Below are positions 55,895 to 56,542 of a stretch of 56,542 bases of DNA, in pieces. The notes beneath the pieces are model-generated. The model saw only the letters and a program-made list of their open reading frames with translations, was not told the origin of the DNA and made no database searches. This DNA is from a virus. Its lineage: Duplodnaviria > Caudoviricetes. Position 1 is the first letter of the stretch. Every line of letters starts with the position of its first letter. The DNA is taken from the IMG/VR virus record IMGVR_UViG_3300008952_002040, positions 1 to 56,542 of that record; one strand, given 5' to 3'. The position numbers were made by a program, and so were the translations under genes.

Positions 55895-56350
55895 TTATCT
55901 TGCTCTCTTTAGTATAAGCTCTAATTCTTCAGCTATATTTGGTGCACTTTTTAAAAAAAATGATATATAAATTCGTAATGTATTTGTGTCCATTTGCTGT
56001 TCTGGTTCCGGAATTAATACCTGTATGATTCTAACTCTGGGCTCATATTTGTTTACTGTTCTTGTTATATTAGCTGCCACATCTGTTATGGTAGGTATAT
56101 TGTAATTTTCAAACAAAGCTCCCCTAACATTAGGACCTAGTTCTGGATGAAAAGGTTTATCCCAAGTATTTAAAAGAACTAGATTACGAACTGCTCTTTT
56201 TATGTCTTGTACATCGGTCACCGCAGAGATATCTCCAGTAACTGGATTTTTATTAAAATATAAATTTAAATCTCTGTAGAATGTTGTGCCTTTGTCGCTA
56301 TTGTTTACAGCTTCAGCATCTGTGTGTCCAGTAAATATTGATTGTGGCAT
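55895..56350 (-). CDS. gp25: Baseplate wedge subunit / sheath initiator (T4 gp25-like)
   Basis: YRDLNL.F..NPVT.D......DIKRAVRNLVL....DKPF.P.LG, YEPRV. Confidence 0.93.
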   Translation of the reverse strand: MPQSIFTGHTDAEAVNNSDKGTTFYRDLNLYFNKNPVTGDISAVTDVQDIKRAVRNLVLLNTWDKPFHPELGPNVRGALFENYNIPTITDVAANITRTVNKYEPRVRIIQVLIPEPEQQMDTNTLRIYISFFLKSAPNIAEELELILKRAR

Positions 56351-56354
56351 AGGA

Positions 56355-56542
56355 CTATTTATCCTTCCTCACTACCTTTTTCTTCCTTTTTGAACTATTA
56401 TTGTGATGATGGTGATGGTGATGTTCTTCTACTTGCACCTTATCTTCCTTCTTCCAGAAGATTTGAACTAAACCATAAATTCCCAAAATCGACAAAACCA
56501 GTTTTACTGGTAGTATCCAAACTAAAATTGCAATAATAACTA
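56355..56542 (-). CDS. Partial membrane protein with His7 run and basic tail (5' end outside window; not in ORF track)
   Basis: Minus-strand frame open to the window edge: ...VIIAILVWILPVKLVLSILGIYGLVQIFWKKEDKVQVEEHHHHHHHNNSSKRKKKVVRKDK*; stop 4 nt before the gp25 start. Confidence 0.75.
   Translation of the reverse strand, partial: VIIAILVWILPVKLVLSILGIYGLVQIFWKKEDKVQVEEHHHHHHHNNSSKRKKKVVRKDK
56356..56363 (-). promoter_or_regulatory. Variant late promoter GATAAATA upstream of gp25
   Basis: Minus strand GATAAATA-GTCCT-ATG; one mismatch to the consensus. Confidence 0.45.

Noticed and set aside
56342-56536. ORF-track + strand 64-aa ORF
   Set aside because: Antisense to the co-oriented minus-strand His7 membrane ORF, which fits the operon better.
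1-56542. CRISPR array, tRNAs, introns/inteins, stop-codon reassignment
   Set aside because: No repeat-spacer periodicity or cloverleaf seen; core genes read intact, and TAA, TAG and TGA all end genes at sensible positions under the standard bacterial code.

Overview
This window is the virion-morphogenesis region of an AT-rich T4-like myophage, coded almost entirely on the minus strand. In transcription order it runs gp25-gp6-gp7-gp8, a 2332-aa DUF4815/VrlC-like protein, many fibre/adaptor genes, then gp13-gp14-gp15-gp16 (partial). Two accessory blocks interrupt it. (1) A tetrapyrrole cassette at 9.1-12.0 kb: heme oxygenase, a 97-aa membrane protein, a 38-aa membrane peptide missing from the ORF track, a PcyX-type bilin reductase, and a Shemin-pathway ALA synthase (HemA). 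HemA points to an alphaproteobacterial host. (2) An ~11-kb island of 13 modification enzymes at 26.3-37.4 kb: a B12-dependent radical SAM, two other radical SAMs, SET, PP-loop ATPase, GNAT, four glycosyltransferase-like proteins, two SAM methyltransferases and a sulfotransferase-like protein. The island carries two perfectly palindromic bidirectional TATAAATA late-promoter elements and an unannotated 50-aa basic ORF. Three paralogous RCC1/BLIP-II-like propeller proteins share an N-terminal module with a 1594-aa beta-helix protein, and one keeps a complete blue-copper ligand set. A partial membrane protein at the window edge has a natural His7 run. All family calls come from motifs recognised by eye; no database search was run. 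I saw no tRNA, rRNA, CRISPR array, integrase, transposase or reverse transcriptase.
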